Assembly (NCBI GenBank): GCA_963767985.1
Contig: CAVYGE010000006.1
Location: forward strand, 169-64,168
Origin: an uncultured Chloroflexia bacterium
Lineage (GTDB): Bacteria; Chloroflexota; Limnocylindria; QHBO01
Length of the DNA: 64,000 nt
Direction of reading: 5' to 3'
Shown here: positions 17,973 to 29,193 of the stretch, piece by piece
How the letters are laid out: every line of letters starts with the position of its first letter
How positions within the stretch are numbered: the first letter of the stretch is position 1
The notes under the pieces: model-generated
Database searches by the model: none
What the model was told of the DNA's origin: nothing
What the model saw: only the letters and a program-made list of their open reading frames with translations
Program-made: the position numbers and the translations under genes

Positions 17973-18057
17973 CGGAGGGAGTGGGATTTGAACCCACGGT
18001 GACTTGCGCCACACACGCTCTCCAGTCGTGCCGATTCGGCCGCTCTCGCATCCCTCC
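17973..18057 (-). tRNA. tRNA-Ser (anticodon GGA), long variable arm, CCA not encoded
   Basis: Reverse complement GGAGGGATGCGAGAGCGGCCGAATCGGCACGACTGGAGAGCGTGTGTGGCGCAAGTCACCGTGGGTTCAAATCCCACTCCCTCCG. 7-bp acceptor stem, TTCAAATCC T-loop, anticodon loop CTGGAGA (one A/G mismatch at the stem base). Confidence 0.8.
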
Positions 18058-18104
18058 AACGTGCAGCGGGACACGCTGAGCGTCGAGTTCTTCGCAGTCA
18101 GACC

Positions 18105-18230
18105 GCCGGCTCGTGCGGCGGCCGGGTCCTGCGCAACGGGACGCCGTGAACCGAGTCAGGGCCGGAAGGCAGCAGCTCTCAGCGGATAGTCCTGTGTGCC
18201 GCAGTCAGCCTGGCCGCCGCACCGGCCGGC
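18105..18230 (+). ncRNA. ffs: signal recognition particle RNA (small bacterial SRP / 4.5S-type)
   Basis: Long hairpin: 5' GCCGGCTCGTGCGGCGGCCGGG pairs with 3' CCTGGCCGCCGCACCGGCCGGC. Conserved domain IV string GUCAGGGCCGGAAGGCAGCAGC. Sits between tRNA-Ser and dnaX, the usual position. Ends are approximate. Confidence 0.75.
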
Positions 18231-18254
18231 TCCGCTTCGTACTTGTCGGGGCCC

Positions 18255-19943
18255 GTGCGAGCCTGGCCTACCAGTCGCTCTACCGGCGCTACCGGCCGCA
18301 ACGGTTCGCCGACGTTCGTGGGCCAGGACCACGTCACCGTCCGCCATCCGCAACGCCGTGCGCGACGAGCGGGTCGGCCACGCCTACCTGTTCAGCGGCC
18401 CGCGGGGCACGGGCAAGACGTCGACGGCCCGCATCCTCGCCAAGGCCCTCAACTGCACCGACCCTCGCTGACGGCGAGCCGTGCGGCACGTGCGAGTCGT
18501 GCGTGCAGATCACCGCCGGCGTCGTCGATGGACGTCTTCGAGCTGGATGCCGCGTCGAACAACGGCGTGGGGGAGATGCGCGACGCTGCTCGAAAAGGTT
18601 GTCCTCGGGACACCCGGGCGCGGCGCAAGGTGTACATCGTCGACGAGGTCCACATGCTCAGCCCGGGCGCCGGGAACGCCTTGCTGAAGACCCTCGAGGA
18701 GCCGCCCGACCACGTCGTGTTCGTTCTGGCCACCACCGACCCGCACAAGGTGCCGGCCACGGTCCGCAGCCGCACCCAGCACTACGACTTCCTGCTGGTA
18801 CCGCCCGATGCCTTGCGGACCCACCTCGAGTGGGTGGCGGCCGACGCCAAGCTCGGGCTGGCGCCCGAGGCCGTCGAGCGGGCGGTGGTCAGGGGGAACG
18901 GCTCCGTGCGCGACGCGCTCGTCGGCACTCGACCAGATCGCGGCGGGCAGTGGTGCGGTCGACCTCGAAGACGCCGGCCCCGATGCCGTTGTCGCCGCGC
19001 TGTGCGCGAGCGCGACGCCAACGCGGTCCTCGTCGCAGTGGCCGAGGCGGTCGGACGGGGCACGGATCCCCGGTTGCTCGCCCGCGCCGTCGTGGACGAG
19101 ATGCGATCGCTGTTCCTTGCGCTGCTCGCCCCCGAGCTCGTGGTGGTTGCCGACGCCGAGCGGGCGAAGCTCGCCGAGCAGGCGAAGCGGCTGGGCACCC
19201 CCGCGGCAGTGCGTGCCATCGAGATGCTCGGCACCGCGCTGGTCGACATGCGCGACGCCGTCGACCCGCGCGTCTGCCTCGAGGCCGCGCTCGTGCGCCT
19301 GGCTCGGCCGGAGCTGGATCCGACGCCGGAGGCGCTGCTCGATCGCCTCGAACGTCTCGAGCGTCGGGTGGCCGACGGCGCGCCGGCCGCGAGCACGGCG
19401 TCCCCCGCCGTTCCGGACCCGCCGCGCCGTACGGCCGCACCCGCGCCACCACCGGCGCCGCCGGCACGCAAGGCCGCCCCCGCGCCGCCGCCCAAGCCGC
19501 CCACGAAGGCCGCCGCGAGCAGTGCGGCCGCCACCGAGACCGCATCGACGGCACCGGCGTCCGGGGCATCACTGCCAAGCCGCTGACGAGCTGGCGCTGG
19601 CATGGGGCGACGCCGTGCGCGACAAGCTGCCCGCCGCGCGAGGTCGCGCACCGGCGCGGGGCGGTGGGTCGGCGTGGCCGACGGCGCCGCCATCTTCGGA
19701 CTCCAGAACGCCATCCATCGCGACAAGTGCGAGGAGGTCCGCGCCGACGTCGAGAAGGCGCTTACCGACCACTTCGGCGCACCCATACCGGTGCGCATGG
19801 TGGTCGACAGCGGCGCGGCCGCGTCCGACCCCGACGAGCCCGCCGACGACACCGTCGACCTCACTGAGCTGCGCGATGCGCCAGGGGTAGGCTCGGCCGA
19901 GGCGTACGTGCTGCACACCTTCCCCGGCGCCACCGAGGAGTAG
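18255..19943 (+). CDS. dnaX: DNA polymerase III subunit gamma/tau (at least 6 frame breaks)
   Basis: Fragments across three frames: [123 protein letters not shown]-terminus ..[13 protein letters not shown]. Start is approximate. Confidence 0.85.
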
Positions 19944-19954
19944 GAGCTCACCCC

Positions 19955-20297
19955 GTGTCGAATCAGCCCGATCTGAGCGGCCTCCTGAAGCAGGCGCAGC
20001 AGATGCAGGAGCAGCTGCACGAGCGTGCAGGCCGCGGCCGCGGCGGCCGTCGTCGAGGGGCACTCCGGTGGTGGCGCGGTGCGCGTCGAGGTGTCCGGCA
20101 CGATGGAGTTCCGCGCCGTGCACATCGACCCGAAGGTCGTCGACCCCGACGATGTGGAGATGCTCGAAGACCTCGTCCTCGCCGCGCTGCACGATGCCAC
20201 CGCAAAGGTGCACGAGCTGTCGGCGCAGGCAATGCCCGACCTCGGTGGTCTGGGCGACCTGGGGGGCCTCGGCGGCCTCCTCGGTTCGCCAGGGTGA
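19955..20297 (+). CDS. ybaB: YbaB/EbfC-family nucleoid-associated protein (one frame break)
   Basis: GTG 19955. [21 protein letters not shown], then (shifted) ..[50 protein letters not shown]. Confidence 0.85.
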
Positions 20298-20919
20298 CGG
20301 GCTACGCCGGTCCCGTCCAGGATCTGGTCGACGAGCTCGGGCGGCTCCCCGGCATCGGCCCGAAGTCTGCGCAGCGCATCGCCTTTCACCTGCTGAAGCT
20401 CTCGCGCGACGACGCGCTGCGGCTGGCACACAGCATCACCGAGGCCAAGGACCGCGTGACGTTCTGCACGCGGTGCTTCAACGTGGCCGAGGGTGCCGCG
20501 GGCGAAGCCGAGTGCATGATCTGTCGCGACGACCGGCGCGACGCCACCACCGTCTGCGTCGTCGAGGAGCCGCGCGACATCGTTGCCGTCGAGCGCACCA
20601 ACGAGTTCCGCGGTCGCTACCACGTCCTCCTCGGTGCCATCAGCCCCATCGAGGGCATCGGCCCCGACCAGCTGAAGGTGCGCGAGCTGATCGCCCGGCT
20701 CGAACCCGAGGGCGTGCAAGAGGTGATCCTCTGCACCAACCCCAACATCGAGGGGGAGGCGACGGCGATGTATCTGGCGCGCTTGCTCGACCGCTCGGCC
20801 TCCGGGTCACGCGCATCGCATCCGGACTGCCCGTCGGCGGCGACCTGGAGTACGCCGACGAGCTCACGCTCGGGCGGGCCCTCGAAGGCCGGCGCGACGT
20901 GGAGGCGGGTCAGAGCTAG
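20294..20919 (+). CDS. recR: recombination protein RecR (one frame break near 20790)
   Basis: GTG 20294 overlaps the ybaB stop (GTGA). [20 protein letters not shown], Zn finger [15 protein letters not shown], Toprim [16 protein letters not shown], shifted C-terminus [27 protein letters not shown]. Confidence 0.9.
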
Positions 20920-20920
20920 C

Positions 20921-22231
20921 TCAGCTCGCGCTCCACTTGTTGCACTTGGCCTGGAGCGCCCCGGGGAACACGTCCTTACCCCAGCGCTCGCCGATCTTCT
21001 CGAACGGCGTGAAGTCGTCGTGCAGCACCTTGCCGGTGACCTTGTCCTTGATGACCTGGACCTTCATCCCGCCACCCATCACGTCGCCATGTTCCTCGGG
21101 GGTGTCCCCGTAGCAGATCATGCTGTTCCCGTCGCAGTGCGAGTGATGGACGCCGACGGCGTGCCCAAACTCGTGCGCGGCCGGCGCTTGCTTTGATTCG
21201 AGCGGTATCGGGTTCCCCTTGGCGTCCTTCTGGCGGTTTCCGGCGTACTGCTGCGTCGGGTTGGGCGAGAGGTGCGCTCCATCGGCATCGAGCCTCATCT
21301 GCCGTTCCTTCGTCCGTCTGTCCTCGCTCACTTCGCCGGCGCGATGTTTTCCGCTGTTCAGCATGATCGGCATGTGCTCGCCGCCGTCGACGTAGAGGAC
21401 CGTCACCTTGGTGCGGAACGGCTGCACCTTGAGGCCCGGGCAGGCGGGCTGCACCGTGCCCTTGCCCGACCACGTCGACTCGACGATCTGCTTGAACTCC
21501 GACTTGAACTTCGTGACCTCGTCGGGGGTTGGCAAGTCGTCCTCCTGGAGCGCGATGCGCGTCTTGAAGATCAGCGAGATCAGGCCGGACGTGGGCTCGA
21601 TGAATGCGTCGAAGCGTCCCTCGAACTGATCGCGCTCGTACGTCTTGACGTCCGCCGGCGCGCCAACGAAGCGCATGACATCGCCGATCTGATCGATCGG
21701 CAGGCCGCCGAGCTCGCCGGCGTTGGCCGCGGCAAACCCCTTCCAGTCGCCCTTCATCGCCACCGCGTTCATGGCGACCACCAGGCGGGGCCCGCCGACG
21801 AAGCCCCCGGCTTCGCGATCCGTGCGGGCCGCGGCCGGCTCCAGCGTGGCGAGGGCCGGAAGCAGGGCGTACATCGGGAGACCCTGGATCTCGCCAAGCG
21901 GCTTCTCGTTGTCCTTGTTGCGCTGCAGTGCCGTGCGTTGCGCCACGCCGACTGGCGTCGGTGCCGCCGGGTCGGCTTGCTCACGGGGCTCTCCGCCGCA
22001 GGCGCATGATCCACGGCACGCGCACGTCCGCTGCAACGCCGCGGTCACGGCGGCGTTGCCGGCGAAGCGCTGTAAGACGGCGAGGTGCCCGGCGCGGTTG
22101 GCGATGTTGCCCCGCCCGAGTAGCCCAACCGCGGTTGCCGTGCTCGGCGCCGACGACTCGGTTGTCGCGCTCGGCGTCGATGCCGGCGCCGGCGATTCGC
22201 GCGCCGGGGCCGGGGCCACCGTCTCCGCCAT
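20921..22231 (-). CDS. metzincin-like zinc peptidase with N-terminal LQR/AGNAAV motif region; intact, no signal peptide
   Basis: 436-aa [23 protein letters not shown], Cys cluster [11 protein letters not shown]-terminal [11 protein letters not shown] (fits HExxHxxGxxH) followed by [12 protein letters not shown]. Confidence 0.6.
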   Translation of the reverse strand: MAETVAPAPARESPAPASTPSATTESSAPSTATAVGLLGRGNIANRAGHLAVLQRFAGNAAVTAALQRTCACRGSCACGGEPREQADPAAPTPVGVAQRTALQRNKDNEKPLGEIQGLPMYALLPALATLEPAAARTDREAGGFVGGPRLVVAMNAVAMKGDWKGFAAANAGELGGLPIDQIGDVMRFVGAPADVKTYERDQFEGRFDAFIEPTSGLISLIFKTRIALQEDDLPTPDEVTKFKSEFKQIVESTWSGKGTVQPACPGLKVQPFRTKVTVLYVDGGEHMPIMLNSGKHRAGEVSEDRRTKERQMRLDADGAHLSPNPTQQYAGNRQKDAKGNPIPLESKQAPAAHEFGHAVGVHHSHCDGNSMICYGDTPEEHGDVMGGGMKVQVIKDKVTGKVLHDDFTPFEKIGERWGKDVFPGALQAKCNKWSAS

Positions 22232-22326
22232 CGTCCGAATCTACGGACGGGACGAATCAGCGCCCAGGGCCGAGTGGGCGTACGTCAGGGCAGCCGGCGC
22301 TACCCAAAGGGGCGGGGCGCAGTGGT

Positions 22327-23505
22327 CTAGAGGGTGCGCAGGATGATGGCGTCGCCCTGGCCGCCACCGCCGCACAGGGCGGCGGCGCCGGTGCCGCCGC
22401 CGCGGCGGCGCAGCTCGTGGATGAGCGTGAGCGCGACACGGGTGCCCGACATGCCGACCGGGTGGCCAAGGGCGATGGCGCCGCCGTTGACGTTGACGAT
22501 GTCGTCGGTGATGCCGAGGTCGGCCATCGACGCCAGACCCACAGCCGCGAACGCCTCGTTCAGCTCGAACAGGTCGATGTCGCTGACCGCCTTGCTGACC
22601 TTGCCAAGCGCGGCCTTGATGGCGCGCGACGGCTGCGTGAGCAGCGAGGGATCGGGTCCCGCCACCTGGCCGTAGGAGATGATCTCGGCAATCGGCTCGA
22701 GCCCAAGTGCGTCGGCCTTCGTGCGGGAGGTGACGATGACCGCGGCGCCGCCGTCGGAGATCTGGCTGGCGTTGCCTGCGGTGATCGTGCCCTCCTTGTC
22801 GAAGGCCGGGCGCAGCCCGCCGAGGCTCTCAGTGGTCGTGCCAGGACGCACGCCCTCGTCGGTGTCGACGATGAGCGGGTCGCCCTTGCGCTGGGGCACG
22901 TCGACCGCGGCGATCTCGTCGGCGAAGCGGCCCTCCTTGATGGCGGCGGCGGCCCGCTCGTGTGACTTGGCCGCGGCATCGTCCTGGGCGTCGCGGGCGA
23001 TCTTGTGGTCGGCGTAGCGCTCGGTGGCCAGGCCCATCGAGGTCTTGTCGAACGCGCAGGTGAGGCCGTCGTACATCATCGAGTCGACTACCACGCCGTC
23101 GCCGATCTTGAGGCCGGCGCGGGCGTTTGGCAGCAGGTATGGCGCGTTGGTCATCGACTCCATGCCGCCGGCCACGACGACCTCAGCCTCACCCGAGCCG
23201 ATCATCTGGTCGGCCAGGAAGATGCTGTTGAGCCCAGAGAGGCACACCTTGTTGACCGTGGTGGCCGGAACCGACATCGGGATGCCCGCGGCCTTGGCCG
23301 CCTGGCGGGCGGTGATCTGCCCCTGACCGGCCTGCAGCACGTGGCCCATGAACACGTAGTCGACGTCCTCGGGGCTTACGCCCGCTCGCTCGAGCGCAGC
23401 CTTGATCGCGACGCCGCCCAGGTCCATGGCGCTGAACGACGTGAATGCGCCGGAGAGCTTGCCGATCGGGGTGCGAGCACCGGCGACGATGACGGATCCA
23501 GCCAT
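22327..23505 (-). CDS. acetyl-CoA C-acetyltransferase (thiolase II); intact
   Basis: RBS AGGAGG lies 9 nt before ATG 23505. MAGSVIVAGARTPIGKLSG..., active-site contexts VNKVCLSGL, ..NGGAIALGHPVGMSG.., ..ALCGGGGQG... Confidence 0.9.
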   Translation of the reverse strand: MAGSVIVAGARTPIGKLSGAFTSFSAMDLGGVAIKAALERAGVSPEDVDYVFMGHVLQAGQGQITARQAAKAAGIPMSVPATTVNKVCLSGLNSIFLADQMIGSGEAEVVVAGGMESMTNAPYLLPNARAGLKIGDGVVVDSMMYDGLTCAFDKTSMGLATERYADHKIARDAQDDAAAKSHERAAAAIKEGRFADEIAAVDVPQRKGDPLIVDTDEGVRPGTTTESLGGLRPAFDKEGTITAGNASQISDGGAAVIVTSRTKADALGLEPIAEIISYGQVAGPDPSLLTQPSRAIKAALGKVSKAVSDIDLFELNEAFAAVGLASMADLGITDDIVNVNGGAIALGHPVGMSGTRVALTLIHELRRRGGGTGAAALCGGGGQGDAIILRTL

Positions 23506-23591
23506 GCCTGGGCCTCCTGGAGTTGGCAGCGAGCGAGCGCGACCAGTGTACGGCGCGGCTGCGGTGGACTCTCCGGGCGACCCCGTCGGCG

Positions 23592-25745
23592 TCAGCGGCG
23601 GGCGCTGCTGACCACGCGCCGGAGGTTCCCTACCAGGCCCTGCAGGCTGACCGGGCCGACGGCGACCAGGTCGTCGATCTCGATGTGGGTCATCGTCGAG
23701 AGCGCCAGCCGGCCGCCTACGAGCAGCGCCGTGGTGATCGGCGCGGCGTGCAGTTCGAGCCACTGCCGCGTGGCCGGCGTCTCGCCGAGCGAGCGGCGGC
23801 CCGCGAGCAGGAGGGGGTGGCGCAGGCTGCCGGCGACGAGCGCGTCCGGGAACGTCTCGCCCTGCGTGACGGTGATGACGGCGTCGGTGTAGCGACTGCG
23901 GCCGATGCCCCAGTCGGCCACGCGCACCGCGGTCGTAGCGGTCGGCCCCGGCCAGGCGCTCGGCCGCAGGAAGGACGTCGGGGCGCACGGCGACGGGGCC
24001 GCCCACCACGACGGGGGTGGCGGAGCCGATGGCGGCGCGGGTCACCTCGGGCAGGGCCTCGCGGGTGGTGAGCAGCACCGGCAGGCCCAGCGCGCCGGCG
24101 GCCAGCGCGTCGGGGAACGCCTCGCCGGACGCAACCAGCACCGTCCCCGTCCCGTCGCCGCCCGCGACATCGGCGAGCCGGCGGGCGACGCGCGCCGCGG
24201 TGTCGTAGCGGTCGGCACCGGCGATGCGGTCGAGCTGCAGGTTCAGCGCACTGACGGCGTCGGCCACCGCCGGGCCAAGGGCGAGCGTCCCGCCGAGCAG
24301 CACCACCTTGGTGGTGCCAAGCCGAGCCAGCTCGGCGACCACCCGGACATCAAGCGCGTTCGGCCCGGTGAGCAGCACCGGCGCGCCGAGCGATGCGGCC
24401 AGCGGACCTCCCACGAGCGCGTCGGCGAAGCCGGCGCTGGTGGCGAGCACCACGGTGGTGGCGGTGGTGAGCTCGTGGGCCACCGCGATCGCGGTCTCGA
24501 TGCGGTCGATGCCCGCGAGCCGGCGGGTGCCGCGGGGCACGAAGTCGAAGAACACGCCGACGGCGTCGCCCAGCGTGGCCTGCACGCCCGGCACGCGGGC
24601 GGAGTCTTCGCCGCTTGGCACGTTCTCGATGCGGCCGTCGACGGACATCGCGGTAGAGCCGCCGCCGTCGAGGGAGATGGCGTCGGTCGCGCCAAGCTCG
24701 ATCATGAGCGCGGCCAGGCTGGCGAGCGTCGCGCCGTCGACCGACCGGGCTGGCGGCCGTCGATGGTGACCAGCAGGGCCCGGCCGTCACCGGTGAGGCC
24801 GACCGCGGTGCGCGGCGCCTTCATGTCGAGGTGGGTCGGGCTGAACCCCTCGGCCAGCATCGCCTCTCGTCCGACCGGGTTGCTGTCGTGGACCAGCCAG
24901 GGTCCACCGCCTCCCGCCTCGATGGCCGCGGCGAACCCGGCGTCGTCGATGTCGATGTGCATCTGCACGTCGTCGCCAACGGCCAGGCGGCTGCTCAGGT
25001 CGGCGGCGTTGTTCCCGGTAGCCGTGAGCACGGCGCTGCCGACGGGGATCGAACCCGGCCCGGTGCGCACCTCGGTGACCGTGCCGTCGAGCGGTGTATC
25101 GGCGTGGACCTCGTCGATGCCGGCGACCACGACGTCGACGCCGGTGGCCGGGGTGCGGGTGGCCGGCCCGAACTGCGGGGTGACCACCACGGTCTCGTCG
25201 GGGTTTCCGAGGTAGCCCAGCACCCGATCGAGGCCGTTCAGGCCGAACGCGTCGGGGCCCCGCATGAGCGACAGCGTCGACCGGGGGCGGCCGAACGCCA
25301 GCGAGTCGCCGTCGACCCGCCATGCGGCCCGGGGCGTGCCCGCGGCCCCGACCGCGGCCTCTGGCTCGCTGCGGAGCACGCCGTCGCGTACCGCGATGCC
25401 GTGCACATTGCCGCTCGACGCGAAGAAGTTGCCGTTGACTGCGGCGAGCGCGTCCGACCGCAGCACGAGGTCGGTCACGGTGCGACGGCTGGCGCCGTGG
25501 TCGGCGGCGAGGATGGGTCGGAGCGATAGGCGGGGGTCGTCGAGCCGGAAGCGCAGCAGCCGTACCTCTTGGCGGTCGGTGCCGACGGTGCGGGCGAACG
25601 ACACCAGCTCGACGCCCGGCGCGACGAGGCGGCTGGTGGCGCCGGCCGGCTCCGCCCCGGCCGCCGGCGACAGCGCGGCGGAGGACGCGGCCAACGTCAC
25701 GAGGAGGGTGGCGACCGCGATCGTCGGCAGTGTCCGGCGGCGCAC
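23592..25745 (-). CDS. secreted phosphodiester glycosidase (DUF2233/NAGPA-like) fused to three cell-wall-binding-repeat-2-like modules (frame breaks)
   Basis: Signal peptide MRRRTLPTIAVATLLVTLAASSAALSPAAGA. AVNGNFF, ..RTAVGLTGDGRALLVTIDGRQ.., ..AISLDGGGSTAM... Then three repeats of the type RIAGADRYDTA..VA......TVVLASGEAFPDALAGGPLA...PVLLT. Confidence 0.7.
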
Positions 25746-25784
25746 GAAGAGGGAGACGTGAGCGCGGCGGTAGCGTCACGTCCC

Positions 25785-27124
25785 ATGCGTGACTTCCTTG
25801 ACGCCATCCAGAGCGGCGCCTCGGGCGATGACATCGCCAACATCCCCATCCCCGAGGCCTACCGGGCGGCAGTTGTGCTGCGCGACGAGCAGGAGATGTT
25901 CGCCGGCATGCCGTCGGGGGAGAAGGACCCGCGCAAGTCGCTGCACATCCAGGACGTGGCGGTTCCCGAGCTGGCCCCCGACGAGGTGTACGTGGCGGTG
26001 ATGGCGTCGGCCATCAACTTCAACACGGTGTGGACCTCGATCTTCGAGCCGTTGCCGACGTTCGGGTTCCTCGACCGTCTTGGCAAGGAGTCGCGCTGGG
26101 TGCCCGCCACGCGCTGCCGTACCACGTGGTCGGTTCTGATGGATCTGGCGTTGTCGTGCGCACCGGTAGCGCAGTGCGGAACTGGAAGCCCGGCGACCGG
26201 GTCACCATCCACTGCAACCACGTCGACGACCAGGATCCGAGCGCCCACGACGACTCGATGCTGGCGAGCAACCAGCGCATCTGGGGCTTCGAGTCGAACT
26301 TCGGCGGGCTGGCCGATCTCACCGTCGTCAAGGCCAACCAGCTCATGCCCAAGCCCGCGCACCTGTCGTGGGAGGAGGCGGCATGCAACGCGCTGTGCAA
26401 CTCCACCTCGTATCGCATGATCGTGTCGCAGCACGCGGCCGCGATGAAGCAGGGCGACGTCGTGCTCATCTGGGGCGCGAGCGGCGGCATCGGCGGCTAT
26501 GCGGTGCAGTACGTGCTGAACGGCGGGGGGATCCCGGTCGGCGTGGTGTCGTCGCCCGACAAGGTCGGGCTGCTGCACGACATGGGCGTGGAGCACGTGA
26601 TCGATCGCAAGGCCGAGGGCTACAAGTTCTGGAAGGACGAGCACACGCAGGACGAGGGTGAGTGGCGCCGCCTCGGCAAGCAGATCCGCGGCATGGCCGG
26701 CGAGGACCCCCACATCGTGTTCGAGCACCCGGGTCGCTCCACGTTCGGGGCGTCGGTGTTCGTCGCGGCGCGCGGCGGCACGGTCGTCACGTGTGCGGCC
26801 ACCAGCGGGTACATGATCGAGTACGACAACCGCCACCTCTGGATGAAGCTGAAGCGCATCGTCGCCAGCCACTTCGCCAACTACAAGGAGGCGTGGGAGG
26901 CCAACCGGCTCATCCAGCTCGGCAAGATCCAGCCGACGCTGTCGGCGGTGCATCCACTCGAGCAGGTGGGCGAGGCGGCCTACCAGGTGCACCACAACCT
27001 GCACGAGGGCAAGATCGGCGTCCTCGCGCTGGCACCGACAGAGGGCCTCGGCATCGACGACCCCGACCTGCGAGCAAAGGTCGGCGAAGACAAGATCACG
27101 CTCTTCCGGCGTCACGGGGCATAG
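25785..27124 (+). CDS. ccr: crotonyl-CoA carboxylase/reductase (one frame break near 26100)
   Basis: MRDFLDAIQSG...IPEAYRAAVVLRDEQEMFAG..KDPRKSLHIQDVAVPELAPDEVYVAVMASAINFNTVW.., ..IWGFESNFGGLADLTVVKANQLMPKP.., ..IWGASGGIGGYAVQ.., ..HHNLHEGKIGVL... Confidence 0.85.
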
Positions 27125-27126
27125 CG

Positions 27127-27528
27127 ATGCTGCTTACTGAGATCGACCACGTCGCCATTGCCGTCAACGACCTGGAGGCGGCCATCGCCTACTACCAGGA
27201 GACGTTCGGCGCGGAAGTGGAGCACCGCGAGACCATCGAGCGCGATGGGGTTGAGGAAGCGCTGCTGAAGGTGGCCGAGAGCTACATCCAGCTGCTCACG
27301 CCCACCCGGCCCGACTCGCCGGTGGCCAAGGCGCTCGAGAAGCGGGGCGAGGGCCTCCATCACGTGGGCTACCGGGTGCGCGACTGCGCCGCCGCGCTGC
27401 AAGCGGTGAAGGACAGCGGCGGCCGGGTGATCGACGAGGAGCCCCGTCCTGGCTCCCGCGGCACCACCGTGGCGTTCGTGCATCCGAAAGGTGCCTTCGG
27501 GACGCTCATCGAACTCGTACAGGAGTGA
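27127..27528 (+). CDS. mce: methylmalonyl-CoA (ethylmalonyl-CoA) epimerase, VOC fold; intact
   Basis: MLLTEIDHVAIAVNDLEAAIAYYQETFG...GEGLHHVGYRV...TVAFVHPKGAFGTLIELVQE. Confidence 0.85.
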   Translation: MLLTEIDHVAIAVNDLEAAIAYYQETFGAEVEHRETIERDGVEEALLKVAESYIQLLTPTRPDSPVAKALEKRGEGLHHVGYRVRDCAAALQAVKDSGGRVIDEEPRPGSRGTTVAFVHPKGAFGTLIELVQE

Positions 27529-29112
27529 TGCTTCGGAGGCTGGGGGTTCTCGTCGCCATGGGCGCCGCCACCGCGGTGCCGCTCGCGCCAACGAGCCACG
27601 CGGCGGCGCCCGCATGTAGCCCTGGTGGCCCGAAGATCGTGCTGCGCGGCGCCGTCACCTCGTCTGCGGCCAAAACCTACAAGGACCTGCCGTTCCAGGT
27701 GATGGCGGGCACCACGCGGGTGGAGGTGGGCTACTCGTGGGCCGACAAGCTGCCGCTGCCGTCGACGCCCATCACCCAGACGGTGTTCGACCTCGGGTTG
27801 TGGGACGAGGGCGGCGTCAGCACCGCGCAGGGCTTCCGAGGGTGGTCGGGAAGCAGGCAGGGCAAGATCGCCGAGGGCCAGCCCCCGATCTGGGTGCAGG
27901 CCGACACGGCCGACCGCGGCTACAAGCCCGAGCCGGTCAACCCCGGCATCTGGAACGTCGACTTGGGCGTTGCCGCCGTTGGCCCGAGCGGCGCCACGTG
28001 GCAGGTCGAGATCCGCTGCCTCGCCACACCCGTCGGTCCCCCGTTCGTGCCCCAACCCGTCGACGCCACGCACGTCGCCAACCCCAACCCCGGTTGGTAC
28101 TACGGCGACATGCACATGCACGGCTACCACTCCAACCCGTCTGCGCCCGACTGGCAGCGCTGGGTGGAGTACGGCCGTACCGCTGGCCTCAACTTCCTGC
28201 CGGCCACCGACTACGTCACCAATCAGCACCATGGCGAGCTCGGCCCGATCCAGGCCGCCAACCCCGACGTCGTCATCTGGCCGGGCCGCGAGATCATCAC
28301 CTACTTCGGACACGCGAATGCGATCGGCGAGACACCGTCGGTGGCCGACTGGCGGCACGGCGCCCCGGGTGTGACGTTCGCGCGGCATCCAGCGCAAGAC
28401 GGTGGCCGACGGCGCCCTGTTCCAGATGAACCACCCGACGATCTTCCCGGGGCCGGTGTTCCAGAACTTCTGTCGGGGCTGCGCGTTCATGCTCGAGAAG
28501 CAGATCGACCTTGAGCACGTCGACACCCTCGAGATCCTCACCGGTCCTGTGCTGGTCGACAGCAGCCAGCTCGGGCTGCCGACGGTGCCGGTGAAGATCC
28601 AGAACCCGTTCATGCTCACGGCCATCAACCTGTGGGACCGCCTCCTGCGCGAGGGCCACAAGATCACCGCGGTGAGTGGCAGCGACGACAAGGCCGGTCC
28701 CGGGCTCGGCTCGTCCGCCACCGCGGTGTACGCCGACAACCTCTCTCGCGACGCGCTGAAGCGGGCCATCCGCGCTGGGCACGTGTACGTGCGCACGCGC
28801 GGCGTGCATGCCAGCCCGTCGCTGGAGATGCACGCAGTCACCCCCGGCGGACAGCACGGCATCTTCGGCGACACCTTCCGCGCCGCGACCGCGCAGGTCA
28901 CCGTGCGCGTGCGCGGCGCCCGGAACCAGGTGCTGGAAGTGGTGCGCGACGGGCTGCCCGTGCAGTTCGTGGCGGTCACCAGCAACGACTTCACGCACAC
29001 GTTCACCGCCCGCCGGTTCTCGACGTCTGGACCGCTCGGCACCGCGTGGCGGATCCAGACCCACGACCTCAAGTCGTTCACCACCCTGGGCAACCCCATC
29101 TTCCTGAAGTAG
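27525..29112 (+). CDS. secreted PHP-domain (CehA/McbA-like) metallohydrolase (one frame break near 28390)
   Basis: Start overlaps the mce stop. Signal peptide MMLRRLGVLVAMGAATAVPLAPTSHAAAP. GWYYGDMHMHGYHSN, ..FLPATDYVT.., ..FQMNHP.., ..ITAVSGSDDK... Confidence 0.65.
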
Positions 29113-29193
29113 CGCCCCACCCCATCGAGCAAGTCGCGGAAGTGCGTGTCCCAACACGCACGTGCGCGACGTGCTCGTGTACGATCCGAACGC

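Noticed and set aside
18255-19943. Possible programmed ribosomal frameshift in dnaX (gamma/tau), as known in E. coli.
   Set aside because: There are many frame changes scattered along the gene, including in the N-terminal ATPase core. I saw no A-AAA-AAG-type slippery heptamer. This is consistent with indel errors, not one programmed event.
22232-22326. A 6-bp hairpin CGTCCG-aatcta-CGGACG immediately 5' of the metzincin start codon, as a possible translational control element.
   Set aside because: The stem is short with no supporting conservation information. It could equally be the thiolase-side terminator or chance.
22327-24705. A 792-aa ORF suggesting a fusion between a cell-wall-binding protein and the thiolase.
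   Set aside because: The thiolase has its own AGGAGG RBS and ATG at 23505. The wall-binding protein's real C-terminus is in another frame with a stop at 23592. The in-frame read-through is coincidental.
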